A stretch of 64,000 nt of DNA, taken from NCBI RefSeq assembly GCF_016433145.1, contig NC_058130.1, positions 728,200,142-728,264,141 on the forward strand, read 5' to 3'. The notes beneath the pieces were generated by a model. That model was given only the letters and a program-made list of their open reading frames with translations. It was not told the DNA's origin and ran no database searches. Made by a program: the position numbers and the translations under genes. Positions 52,022 through 63,699 of the stretch are shown here, one piece after another (within the stretch, counting starts at the first letter, position 1; each line of letters starts with the position of its first letter). The DNA is from Gracilinanus agilis. Lineage: Eukaryota.

Positions 52022-52208
52022 GGGGCAGCTGAGTAGCTCAGTGGATTGAGAGTCAGGCCTAGAGATGGGAGGTCCTAGGTTCAAATCTGGCCTCAGACAC
52101 TTCCCAGCTGTGTGACCCTGGGCAAGTCACTTGACCCCCATTGCCTACCCTTGCCACTCTTCCATCTAGGAGCCAATACACAGAAGTTAAGGGTTAAAAA
52201 AAAAAAAA
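52022..52208 (+). mobile_element. Young SINE1_Mdo
   Basis: full length with poly(A); TSD aagaatatcccattgg at 52006-52021 and 52209-52224. Confidence 0.96.
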
Positions 52209-52224
52209 AAGAATATCCCATTGG

Positions 52225-52386
52225 GATACATGTAAAACCCAGTGGAATTGTGTGTTGGCTAAGGGGATTTAGGGAGTTTGGGGAAGAGGGAAATAACATG
52301 AAACATGTAACTATGGGAAAATATTCAAAATTTTTAAAAATCATAAAAATTTAGAAAGAAAACAAATGTAAAGAGATGGGAAAAAA
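52225..52386 (+). mobile_element. L1 3'UTR stub (162 bp)
   Basis: gatacatgtaaaacccagtggaattg...catgtaactatgggaaaatattc; same TSD at 52209-52224 and 52387-52402. Confidence 0.88.
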
Positions 52387-53419
52387 AAGAATATCCCATT
52401 GGTAACCATGGAAGATAGATTGGAGAAGAGAGATCATATAGAGAGAGACCGAGTAGGAGGCCATTCTAATAGTTTGGGCCAGGAGGTGAGGTAATACTCC
52501 ATAGAAAGGCCCCAAAGTAAAGTGAGAGATGGCTATGTAAAGGATGAAAAAGGGACATCTGAGATACATAGTGTGTGGTAGGACAGTTAGCAGGATTTGG
52601 ATACATAGGGGAAGAAGAAAAATGAGGAGTTCAGGATGACTGCCTCTGAGATAAAATATAACATCCCTTCCCCCTTTTTTTTCTTTTTTTTTAGTTTTTA
52701 AGGCCCTATACAACCTAGCCCCTAATATTTATAGCCTCATTAGACATTACTCCCTCTCCCACATTCTAGAATCTGGCCAAACTGTCCTGACACACAAAAA
52801 ACTCCATTTCTCTTCTCTTTGTCTTTGCACTGCCCATCCCATGTCCTAGAATTCACTCCCTCCTAACTGTAGCTTCAGAAAATTCCTCTCTTCTTTTAAG
52901 ATACATCTCAGTAGCATCTCCATGAAGTCTTTCCTGGTCCTCCCAAATGGAAGTGCCCTCCCTCCCAAAGTACTTTATATTTAACTACTGTGTGTGTATA
53001 TATTTGATAACTTCATATTTATGCTTATTTTATATGTGTAGGTATTTGCATGTTTGTGTGTGTGTACATATACACATATATATACAATCTATTATACAGT
53101 GTGTCCCAAAAGTCTTTTGTTTCTCCTATTGAAATGAATTGTTTCATTCTTTGTACTTGTATCCCCAGCACCTAGTAGTGTGTGACACATGATAGGCATT
53201 TAATAAATGCTTATTGAGTGATTAATTAATGATTCAGATTGCAAATATGGATAATGGGAAAGGTTAGTTATGCCCTCAACAGAAATAGGAAAGTTAAAGA
53301 AGGGTGGTTTGAAAGAAAAATTCAATTTAATTTAGTTCATCAAGCACTTATTAAGTCTCTTCCATGTTCTCAGCCCTAGGGGGAGGTACTGGGGATAAAA
53401 AGTCAAAAATAAACAAATC

Positions 53420-53620
53420 AGAGGCATTTGAGTAGTTCAGTGGTTTGAGAGGTAGGCCTAGAATCAGGGTCCTAGGTTCAAATCTGCCCTTAGATACTTC
53501 TTAGTTGTGTGACCCTGGGCAAGTCATTTAACCTCCATTGCCTAGTCTTTATTGCTCTTCTGCCTGGGAACCAATACATAGTATTAATTATAAGACAGAA
53601 GGTAAAGGTTTGGGGTTTTT
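53420..53620 (+). mobile_element. SINE1_Mdo-like, diverged, inside an L2 3' end
   Basis: agaggcatttgagtagttcagtggtttgagagg...ggaaccaatacatagtattaattataagacagaaggtaaagg. Confidence 0.88.
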
Positions 53621-54220
53621 TTTATTTTTAATAAAAATCCTTTTCCTTAAGTAGCTCATATTCTACTGGAGGAAGTAACAAATATATCCAGGAGTAAGGA
53701 GTGAAGGAGTGACCAACAGTGTCAGATGCTGCAGAGAGGTCAAAGGGAATGAGGGCTGAGAATCAGATTTTGCACCTACCATGTAAAAGAAACTGGAGAT
53801 ACAGAGAGAAAATGTGACAAAATCCTACCCTCAAAGAGTTTATATTTTTACTGCATAGGGGAATATATGACATGTACTCAAGCAAGTATAACAAGGTAGG
53901 GGAAAGATAAAAAATTCAAAAAGTATTCTAGGAAGATTTTGTCTTGATTCAAAAGGACCCCTCCTTAAATCTTTTATCTTAGCTCACATGTCCACAGATG
54001 AGCAAGAAGGGCTTGTGTTCCTCCTGACTAGAAATAGCCAAGTATAAAACACTTGCTTTCTGTGCCACTCATGAAATGTTGTAGTAGCTCCTACTTGTAC
54101 TTCCCTCACAACTCCCCCGCTAAGTAGCTAAGACAAAGACTATTGTCCCCACTTTAAAGATTAGAAACTGAATTTCATAGAAGAGGTATAACTTACCCAT
54201 AATCATATAGTATGTGGCAG

Positions 54221-54465
54221 TGAGGGCAGCTAGGTGGTACAGTGGTTACAGTGCCAGATCTGGAATCAGGAAGACTCATCTTCCTAAGTTAAAATATGGC
54301 CCTAGCTGTGGAACCCTGGGAAAGTCATTTAACCCTGTCGGCCTCAGTTTCCTCATCTGTCAAATGAGCTGGAAAAGGAAATGGCAGACACTTCGGGATA
54401 TCTGCCGAGAAAACCCCAAATGGGGTGACAGAGAGTCAGATATGACTGAAACAAGTGAACAACAA
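54221..54465 (+). mobile_element. MAR1 SINE, full length
   Basis: gggcagctaggtggtacagtgg...gagctggaaaaggaaatggc...gatatgactgaaacaagtgaacaacaa. Confidence 0.92.
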
Positions 54466-54932
54466 AAGTGGCAAATCAGGGACTCAAACCTAGGTCTCCT
54501 TTGAACTTCAAGTCATTTTTTTTCCACTACATCATGATGCCTCATGTGGCATTTACCATTTACTCTTTGGTTATTCCTTAGTTGCTGTGTGACCATGGAC
54601 AAGTCACATTACTTTGTAGTAAAAATAGTAGTTTGGGCGAGGTAATGTCTAAAGTCCCTTCCAGCTCAGAGAACCTGTGTATAGTTTTTCATACATATAT
54701 ATGTTTATATATGTATATTCTGCCACCACCCCCCAACTAAATCATAAGCTTCTATTGGGCAGAAATCACATTTTCTTTTTTTTTGTATCCCCTGTAGTTC
54801 CTTACTCATAGCAGTCACTCAGATGTACATTAGTCAGCTGATATGAACGTATTACCTACATTGCATGGTCCAATGGAAAAAGCATGGAATTTGGAGTCAG
54901 GAGACCTGGATCTAACACACTTACTAGCTGTA

Positions 54933-55572
54933 TGTAATCTATGGCCCAGGATCATAGGAAAACAGCTCAAGAGATTTACACATGCCAACTTCAATCTTGG
55001 GGACTCCTAATACAATCTTTCTTTGGCTCATGCCCCCACTCAGTATTTTCCCTGGAACATTAGTATTTGACTCATTTGTCTCCACCCAAAGTTTCCACCA
55101 GGAACATTAGAATTTGGGTCATGTCTAGGTCTTAACAAGAAAAAAAAAAGGGGCGGGGGGAATACTCTCTATTCTCATTGAAGCACTCAGACTAACAAAA
55201 CATCAAACAGCTAAGTTTTATTTAACCTAGCCAAAAAAACCCACAAAGGACTTACACCTGGTCCCATAAATAGCTGAAAACACTTTTTCCTCTCTCTTGA
55301 AAGTCTCCACTTCCCAGAGACTGATGCAGTGCTCCAGACTTCTAATTCTGCCCTGGAGTTAAGGCCATCCTTAAGAAAAAGACATTAAGGATTCCTGGAT
55401 AATCAGTCTTCCCCTCCAATAAGAATCACCTTCCCAAGTACCTACTCGGTCCTCTAGATTCATTGTACTATTCCAAGGTCAAAGTATTGCCCCTACAAAA
55501 GGGAAGGCATTCAAGACAACTCAAGGATTGATTCCTCCACTCCCCAAATTTGTACAATCTATTGAAGTCACA
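54933..55572 (-). mobile_element. Possible solo LTR
   Basis: minus strand TGTGA...TTACA ends and internal AAATAAAAC; no TSD found. Confidence 0.35.
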
Positions 55573-55869
55573 TTATCAGTAGTAATACTCCAAAGGGAAG
55601 TATGCTTCTAGTATTCCCTTTTCATCTTTGTATCCCCAATACTATTTCAGTGGTTGGCACTTAGCAATGCTTATAAATTCACTGGTGGATGCCAGTAAGG
55701 AATAAAGGCCTGATTTGCTCCTGAGATCTTCTATCCATTTCTTTAGCCCTGTGGCTTCTTCATTGCATGAACATAGTTGTTGCTAGCAGACACATTGCTA
55801 GACTTCCCAGCATACCTTAGGAGCTCCTCCTTACTTGCAGTCCTTCTGCCCTCTGTTATAATTCCCTAG

Positions 55870-56125
55870 CAGCTAGGTAACTCAGTAGATAGAATGCTGG
55901 ACCTGAAGTCAGGAAGACTTGAATTCAAATCTGGTCTCAGATACTTACTAGCTATGTGACCCTGAACGAGTCACTTAATGCTTTTGGACCTCAGTTTCCT
56001 CATCTATAAATTGGAGATAATAATAGCACTAACCTCCCAGAGTTGTTGTGAGGATCAAATGAGATGATATTTGTAACGTTCTTTACAAACATTAAAGCAC
56101 TATGTAAATGCTAGTTACCACTATT
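55870..56125 (+). mobile_element. MIR, near full length
   Basis: gcagctaggtaactcagtagatagaatgctggacctgaagtcaggaagacttgaattcaaat...ttgtgaggatcaaatgagatgatatttgtaa. Confidence 0.9.
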
Positions 56126-56350
56126 ATTGACTACTGAGGGATCACTTTTGCTCTTCAGACTTCCTTCTGGACCTAAAAGTCTGGAAGACCAACCCTTGCT
56201 CTCTGCTTGACAGCCTACCTCTGGTTCTCTCTGACCCTATCTCCATCAGGTCTAATCCTTCTCTTTCTCCAAAGAACTTCTCTCTCTTGCCTTTAAAGGA
56301 CAAGCTGAATTGTAGAAATGGACTGAATCCATCAGTCATCTCCACTGTAG

Positions 56351-56555
56351 GACTTCTGGGTTAAAATGGCTGCAAAGTAGAAGCAACGTGTTTAATCTCT
56401 CCTAACCCACATGAGTCCTCAAAAGGACACAAAAACCAAATCCAGATGAAGGAAGGAACCCCACAGTAGGGCGCAGCATTGAAGGTACATGGGGTCTGGG
56501 TATTTCCATGCTATAAGGGGGCAAAATAGCTCTCGCTAAAACATGAGCTGATCAA

Positions 56556-56608
<53 letters not shown>

Positions 56609-58100
56609 ACCTACAGTGCCAGAGCCAGTGCACAAGAGTTAGAGCAAGCTTGGGGCATTCATTAAGTTCTTGGCAGCTTCCTGGGACCACTAAAGACTGG
56701 CTCCTGAGAGCAGCAAGACTTGAGACCCCAAGAGGCTAAAGAACACAGACTTTGAACGCAGACCTTGAGCACAGACCCTAGGCGCGGACCTTGGGTGGGG
56801 ACCTAGTACAGAGGGGTGCATGACTGTGGAAGCAGCACCCTGAGACGCTTAAAGGAGCATCATGCAGAGGAGCAAGCAATGGGACCACCAGGAGGCTTGA
56901 CCCTGAGAACAGCTAGACTTGAGACCCCAGGAGCCTAAAGAGCACAGACCTTGGGCGTGAGGATAAAGCTGAGAGGGGCAGCACTGCGCTGTGACTCAGG
57001 CAAAAGCTGCTCCACAGTTCGAAAGACAGAGAGCCTGCTGCCTCACCCAGACTTCTGATTGTGAAAAAAAAACACAGCATAGTAATAATGGTAAGCCATG
57101 CCCAAGAACCTCCAAAGAGAAAGATCAAGAAGAAAGTTTTAACACTCAATAACTTTTACACAGAAAAAATCCAGACAACAGAGCAGACAGCAGAGAAGTA
57201 ATCACATCCAAACCTTCCCCAAAAAATGGAAATTGGTCACAAGCTCTTGAAGAGTTCAAATCTAAGATCATGAGAAAGATGGAAGAGATTTGGCAAGAAA
57301 AGTGGGAAATAGCTCAAAAAGTAAATTAACAGTTTAAAAGACAGAAACTCCCAATTGGAGAAAGATGTCCCAAAATCAAAAGAATCGATAAGCAAATTGG
57401 AGACCAAAAGTAAACAGCTGGAAAATAGGATAGACCAAACCAAAAGGGAAAATCAAAAGATTATAGCAGAAAACCAGTCTCTAAAGACCAGAATTGGGCA
57501 AGTAGAAGCCAATAATCTCACAAGACAGCAAGAACTAATAAAGCAAAGTCAAAAGACTGACAAAATAGAAGGAAATATGAAATATCTCACTGAGAGGATG
57601 ACAGATCAAGAAAATAGTTCTAGAAGAGACAGTGAGAATCATGGATCTTTCTGAAAAAGCAGAAATTAATAGAAATTTGAACACCATATTACAAGAAATT
57701 ATCCAAGAAAACTGCCCTGATGTTCTTCAACAAGAGGGCAAAATAGACATTGAAAGGATCCATAGATCACCCTCTACTCTAAACCCTCAAAAGACAACCT
57801 CCAGGAATATAATGGCCAAATTCAAGAGTTTCCAAGTAAAAGAAAAATTTTTACAAGAAGCCAGAAAGAGACAATTCAGATTGTCTGACAGACAATTCAA
57901 GGAGCACCAATCAGGATCACACAGGATCTGGAAGCCTCCACACTAAAAGACCCCAAGGCTTGGAATATGATATTCAGAAAGGCAAGAGAACTGAGACTAC
58001 AACCAAGGATCACCTACCCATCAAAATTGACTATATACTTCCAGGGGAAAGTATGGAAATATGGGCATTCAACAAGATAGAAGATTTCCAAGTATTTGCA
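56351..58100 (+). mobile_element. L1 5'UTR plus disrupted ORF1, 3'-truncated, no poly(A)
   Basis: starts gacttctgggttaaaatggctgc (L1 5' end with YY1-like motif); ~200-bp 5'UTR monomers; ORF1 ATG ~57088; pieces read coiled coil and LQEIIQENCPDVL..IDIERIHRSP; TSD catctccactgtag at 56337-56350 and 58101-58114. Confidence 0.93.
56557..56606. repeat. (CA)25 inside the L1 5'UTR
   Basis: read directly. Confidence 0.95.
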
Positions 58101-59149
58101 CATCTCCACTGTAGACTAAACTAGTAAAGAAATCTCCTACCTTGTAAAGAAGACATTATTGATGCCAAAACCAAACCTAGTTGGCCACTTGACTCCTTGT
58201 ATGGAGAGTTACCATCAATGTAAATACATCTAGACCTGGGACAATGCCTGGGTACAACCACTGCATACATTTATGCTTCTACCCAATTAAAGATTTTCTT
58301 TGAACATGTTTCTTCATATGTAAAATTAAGATAATTCATATTCCACCTGCTGCACCAGAGTTTTTATAAAGAAATTGTTTTGTAAACCTTAAAGCACTAT
58401 AGAAATGAAAGTGGTTATCAATTTAGATCCACAAGCATTTACTCAGTCTCCTTGTGTGAGGATACAGGGATACAAAGATAAAGTTTACTTTCAAAGAGCT
58501 TCAGATAAAACTGGGAGCTACTTTTCCAGCCTTAACTACAAAATAGAAAGTGATATGGCCATAGAAGTCCAAAACAAAATGTTCTTTAAAAATTCTGGAG
58601 AGGAAGATCTCTAGGAATTCTTGATTAAGAGATCATGAAGACTTCATGGATGAGAAAGCATCTGAGTTGAGCAAGTCCTTCAGCCTCTTAGAACCCAAGT
58701 GACAATCCAGAACTGTTAAGTTGCAGAATACTTGTTGTCTGTTTTTTTCTCTATACATTTTCTCATTGTGTGACCTCTTAGCCCCTCTGGTTTTAATTAT
58801 CATCCCTATTCAGATGACTCCATAAAAATCCATTTCTCTATCCCTCATTTCTCTCATGAGTCCTAGTCATGCATCTCTCACTGCCCTCCTCCTCCCTGGC
58901 TTCCTTCAAGTCCTGGCTTAAATCTTAACTTCTACAGAAAGCCTTTCTCCATTCTTTTTCATTCTAGAACCTTCCCTCTAGTGATTATTTACTATTTATC
59001 TTACATGTAGCTTGTTTTCATGTTGTCTCCCCTATTAGGTCATGAGCTACTTGAAGGCAGGGACTATCTTTTGCCTTTCTCTGTATTGCCAGCACTTAGT
59101 ATTGTGTCTGGAAAATAGAAGTCAATTAATAAATATTTATTGACTATTT

Positions 59150-59420
59150 CATTCTGAATTTTGTTGGGTTTTAGGCCTTTTTCAGCCACATCCAACTCTT
59201 TGTGACACCTTTTAGGGTTTTCTTGGCAAAAATACTGGAGTGGTTTACCATTTCCTCCTCCATCTCATCTTACAGATGAGAAAATTGAGACAAACAGACT
59301 TAAGTGACTTGCCCAAGGTTATATAGTTGGTAAGCATCCAAGGCAAGATTTGAACTTAGAAGATAAGTCTTGCTGATTCCAGGCCCAACACTATATCCAC
59401 TGTCACACCTAGCTGCCCCA
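59150..59420 (-). mobile_element. MAR1 SINE
   Basis: ttttcttggcaaaaatactggagtggtttaccatttcctcctcc...ctgtcacacctagctgcccc. Confidence 0.88.
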
Positions 59421-59769
59421 TATAAATACCCATGACTAAATATCCATAGGCAATTCAAACTCAGCATGGCCCACAATGAACTAATTGTCTTTTTCCCAAA
59501 ACCTATCTCTTCCAAACCTCCCTGTTGTCTCTCCCAAACTTAACCATCACCAGGACCACCAATCCCTCTCAGTACTCTCTTTGGCCATTACCCCATTCTG
59601 TTTTCAATGTCCACCCTTTCTAATCTCAACCAAGTCAGCAAATTCAACTCAACTCTATCCTCACCTCTTAAATCCTCTCCTCCTGCCTCATGACCTTGAG
59701 CAAGGCACTTAACCTTTAGCCTCAATTTCCTCATCAATAATAACAGCATCTGCCCCATAGGGTTGATAT

Positions 59770-60030
59770 AATAATAAAAGCTAGCATTTACATAGTACCT
59801 ACTATGTGTCAAGCACCGTGCCAGGTATTTTATAGATATTATCTCATTTGATCCTCACAACAACCCTGAGAGACAGGTTCTATAATTATCCCCATTTTGC
59901 AGTTGAGAAAACTGAGGCAAACAGAATAAGTGACTTGCTCAGGGTCATATAGCTAGAAAGCATATGAGGCCAGATTTGTACTCAGATCTTCCTGATTCCA
60001 AACCTGGTTCTCTAACCACAATGCCATTTA
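59770..60030 (-). mobile_element. MIR
   Basis: attatctcatttgatcctcacaacaaccctgagag...gagaaaactgaggcaaacag. Confidence 0.88.
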
Positions 60031-60099
60031 ACTACCTGAGATAGCATATGTAAGGCACTTTTCAAAACTTAAAGCTTTTAGTCAATGCTAATAATTATT

Positions 60100-60580
60100 A
60101 GTCTCACCTAAACTCAAGTCCTAAATCTCCAATTGGCTATATTTCAAAGTGAATGTCTTATCAACATCTCAAACTTACTATTTTTCCCTTCAAACTTCTT
60201 CCCTATTTCTCTTCAAGAGTGTTATCCTCTTGATCACCCAGGTTCACAACCATGGTATTCTCCTTGACTCCTCATTTCACACATATCCATCCAATCATTT
60301 GCGAAATCCTGCCATTTCTGCCTCCACAATAGCTTTCAATTCTGACCCCTTTTTGCCACTCCAGGCCCTCATCATCTCTTTCCCAGACTATTGCAATAGC
60401 TGCCTCACTGATCTGCAGTTCTCAGGTATTTCCCTTCTCCAGCTGCCAAAGTGATTTTCCTTATGTTCAAATCTGGCTACGTCATTCCCTACTCCATAAG
60501 CTCCAATAATACCCTATTATCTCTAGGAGCAAATTACAAGCTCCTCTGGTTGGTCAACCAAGTCAGTCAATAAACATTTA
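60100..60580 (+). mobile_element. L2 fragment
   Basis: catctcaaacttact...aaccatggtattctccttgactcctc...ccagactattgcaatagctgcctcactg. Confidence 0.75.
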
Positions 60581-61154
60581 GCACCTACTTTGTGCCAGTC
60601 ACTGGGCTTAAACACTGAGGATACTTATATGAAAAAAGATGGGCCCTTGAGGAATTGACAGTTTAATGGGGGAAGACAGCACACAAAAAGAAGCTGAAAG
60701 GAGAGAGGGACAGGGAAGGTACTTGGGGCCATGGTGAAAAAGTCAAAGAAGTCCCACAGGTATAGTCTGATGAGAAATGAGGAGATATCCCCAACTTTCT
60801 CCTTAAATGGCAGTTCATGGCTTCACCCTTCAGTCAGGGAGCAGAGGATGGTGATAAGGTAGAGGACAGAGTTTGATGGGATCTTGCAGAAAGATGAAGT
60901 TTTCCCAATAATGAGGTTGACTTTTAAAGCTCTTTACAACCCGATTGCAACCTACCTTTCCATTATCCCCTCCATAAACTCTAGAGTCCATCCAAATAGG
61001 CCTTCTTATGGTTACACACAGGTGTTACGTGGCCATTATCATCTTCATCATTATTAGCCTAGAGTCCCCAAGCCTCTAGTCTGGTGATTACTTCATTCCC
61101 TGACCCTTCTGCTAAATCTCTGCTAAGCTCAAACAGTGTTTCTTATACATCAAT

Positions 61155-61574
61155 ACTGGAGTGTGATGATAAATGTTTAACTAGGGTCTCAGAGATAGAA
61201 AATGTATGCAGAGACACTGTTTAAATTCAATCTGCAGGGGGCAGCTGGGTAACTCAGTGGATTGAGAGTCAGGCCTAGAGATGGGAGGTCCTAGGTTCAA
61301 ATCCGGCCTCAGACACTTCCCAGCTGTGTGACCCTGGGCAAGTCACTTGACCCCCATTGCCTACCCTTACCACTCTTCCACCTAGGAGCCAATACACAGA
61401 AGTTAAGGATTTTAAAAATATAATAATAATTAAATTCAATCTGCATTCCTTATTCTTCCTTAATTCTAGACAATCAACAGAACAATAAACAAGGGCTGTT
61501 TTCTAATGATAGTCAATGAAATTTTAAAACTTGGCTCTTGCTAGCTAGTTAAAACTGCTTCAGCACATCTCTGC
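61155..61574. mobile_element. MER63-like hAT-Blackjack element split by a SINE
   Basis: gtgtgatgataaatgtttaac..., aattcaatctgcatt...tctagacaatcaacagaacaataaa, ...cttcagcaca resemble the MER63 consensus as recalled. Confidence 0.7.
61237..61429 (+). mobile_element. Young SINE1_Mdo
   Basis: perfect 16-bp TSD ttaaattcaatctgca at 61221-61236 and 61430-61445. Confidence 0.97.
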
Positions 61575-63079
61575 TTACATATAACAATACTCCATGTCCT
61601 GTTTCCACACCTTTTCACTGGCTCCTTCCCATACCTCTTAGAATCCCTTGTTTCCTTCAAAACTACTCAAGGACTACCTAAAAGCCTCTTCTAATCCTTC
61701 CTTCTGGTCTCTCCAAAAATGTACCTTGTGCTTATTTTGTACACACATACTTCTGGATATGTTGTCTTTCTTTATAAACTATAAACTGCTTAAAGGTAGT
61801 CTTCATATCCCCAGAACTTACTTAGCACAGTGTATGCTTGTCACTTCTAAATGTTTGATAGTTGTTTTTCCTTGATAGTATACATTTCCTCATCAGGAGT
61901 TCCTTAGACTAGTGAAATCATAGGTCTGGAAGTAACACCCCTATTTGTCATGGAATAAGGATTGGCAGGTTCTGGACACCAGGCTGTGTTGTTTTGCTGT
62001 TCTGCCACATGTTTTTTCTGAAGTCTTGGAACTAATTGTCTTCATCCTTTCTAATTGTAAGGTACCTGATTTTTGATATTAGTCTTTTGGTTCGCACAAG
62101 CCAAAGGAGCTAGTTATTCTGATGATCCCCACCCATAATAGCTATATTTCCAATGTAGGTCACAGCTGCTTGTGCAACAACCCAGTTGTCATTTCATATA
62201 AATTCTTCTACATTACCTTCATTGGGCATAGAAGGCAAAATGATACAGACTCATAGGGGCACGATGGGTTCTCAGCCTAAAAAAAGATGATAAGCAAATC
62301 ATTTGACCTGTGAGCCCCAAGCTAGAGATTTTTCATACCAGAATACAGCCAGTCAGGAAAAGCCCCGGCTCCTCAGTGCCTCTTGAATGCACCCCAGTTA
62401 CAGCCATGTTTCAGTCAACAGTAGGGCTCTGTATCCCATGATTAGCAGACTAGAACTAGTTACAGAATGTTTCTACCAACTCTAAGAACAAGGTACTTCC
62501 ATTATGCATCATCACTCCTTTCCAGAAGCCACTTGGACAGTTGCATCACCCATTACACCTTACCATTATACTTATTTCATCTTTATTCCCATATATAATC
62601 CTCATCCTTCCCTACCTAGTGAACCAAAACTTGTAACAAAGTATAAAAAAAGAAAGAGAAATAAAGGAATTCAATGTGACCAACAAGATTGAGGACTAGA
62701 TATTTTCTCCAGCCCTCAAAAAAAAAAATGCAAAAGAGGCATTATCTGCCATAGGTAGAGCCCAACAAGATAAAATAGTTCATTAACAGTGTAAAATGCT
62801 AATCCTTTGTCCCACTCTCACTCTATGTCCCTCCCCCACCAGCCTCCATGTTCCAGTAGAGTACACAAACTATCCCACAAGCTTGTGCTTTTAAACTCAA
62901 GATTACCCTCCTACTGCAGTCTCTACTGGTGTTTTCCAACTTTGCCCTTGTTCCAACATCTTGTTGCAATGAGCAACAGACCTCAACAGATTATCTTTGA
63001 TTTTGGATTATTTATATTTCTAATCTAGAAGAAGAAAAGCAAAAAACAATAACATTTAAAAAATATTATCTCCACGCAT

Positions 63080-63290
63080 ATATTGACCTCGAAGAAAGGG
63101 TACAAAGAAATAACTTACAGATCACAGGCCTTCCAGAAGAACAATACAAGTTTAAAAATCCAACATTATAATGCAATAATGATCAAATTACAAGAAAACT
63201 TCCCCAAACTTCTAAATACAGAAAACAAGGCAGCAATTGAAATAATCCACATATTGCCTCCAACAGACTTAATCAGAAAAATCAACACTG
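63080..63290 (+). mobile_element. Old L1 ORF1 (or HAL1) remnant
   Basis: IDLEERVQRNNLQITGLPEE then, frameshifted, LQENFPKLLNTENKAAIEIIH; L1 ORF1p motifs. Confidence 0.75.
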
Positions 63291-63359
63291 TCTGACAGTT
63301 ATATGCAATATGAACACATTATTTAATGAAAAGATAGATAAGGAAAAAGAGATCACGAT

Positions 63360-63610
63360 GAGCCAACATGTCTTCATCAGGCTGAAAAGGCAGACACAAA
63401 AACTAAACTAATCTTAAACTACACTAAGGAAGAAATAGTATCCAAGACTAAGAAAGTGATGGTCCCACTGTCCTCTGTCCTGGTCAGACCCCATCTGGAG
63501 TATTATGTTCAATTCTGTGTGCCCCATTATAGGAAAGAAATTGATAACTTGGAGAATATCCAGAACACAATCAAGATGATGAAGAACTTCAAGTTCATGC
63601 CATATGAGAA
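63360..63610 (+). mobile_element. L3/CR1 ORF2 C-terminal remnant
   Basis: ORF 63456-63692 reads VLVRPHLEYYVQFCVPHYRKEIDNLENIQ, matching the CR1 motif LVRPHLEYCVQFW. Confidence 0.9.
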
Positions 63611-63699
63611 TCACAGAATGGATTTGGAATCAGGAAGAACTAGGTTCAAATGCCACTATTTCTTAGCCCCAGTTTTCTCCTTTGTAAAATAAGGGCCTA

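Noticed and set aside
57237-57946. Coiled-coil-like ORFs
   Set aside because: Frameshifted L1 ORF1p pieces, not a host gene.
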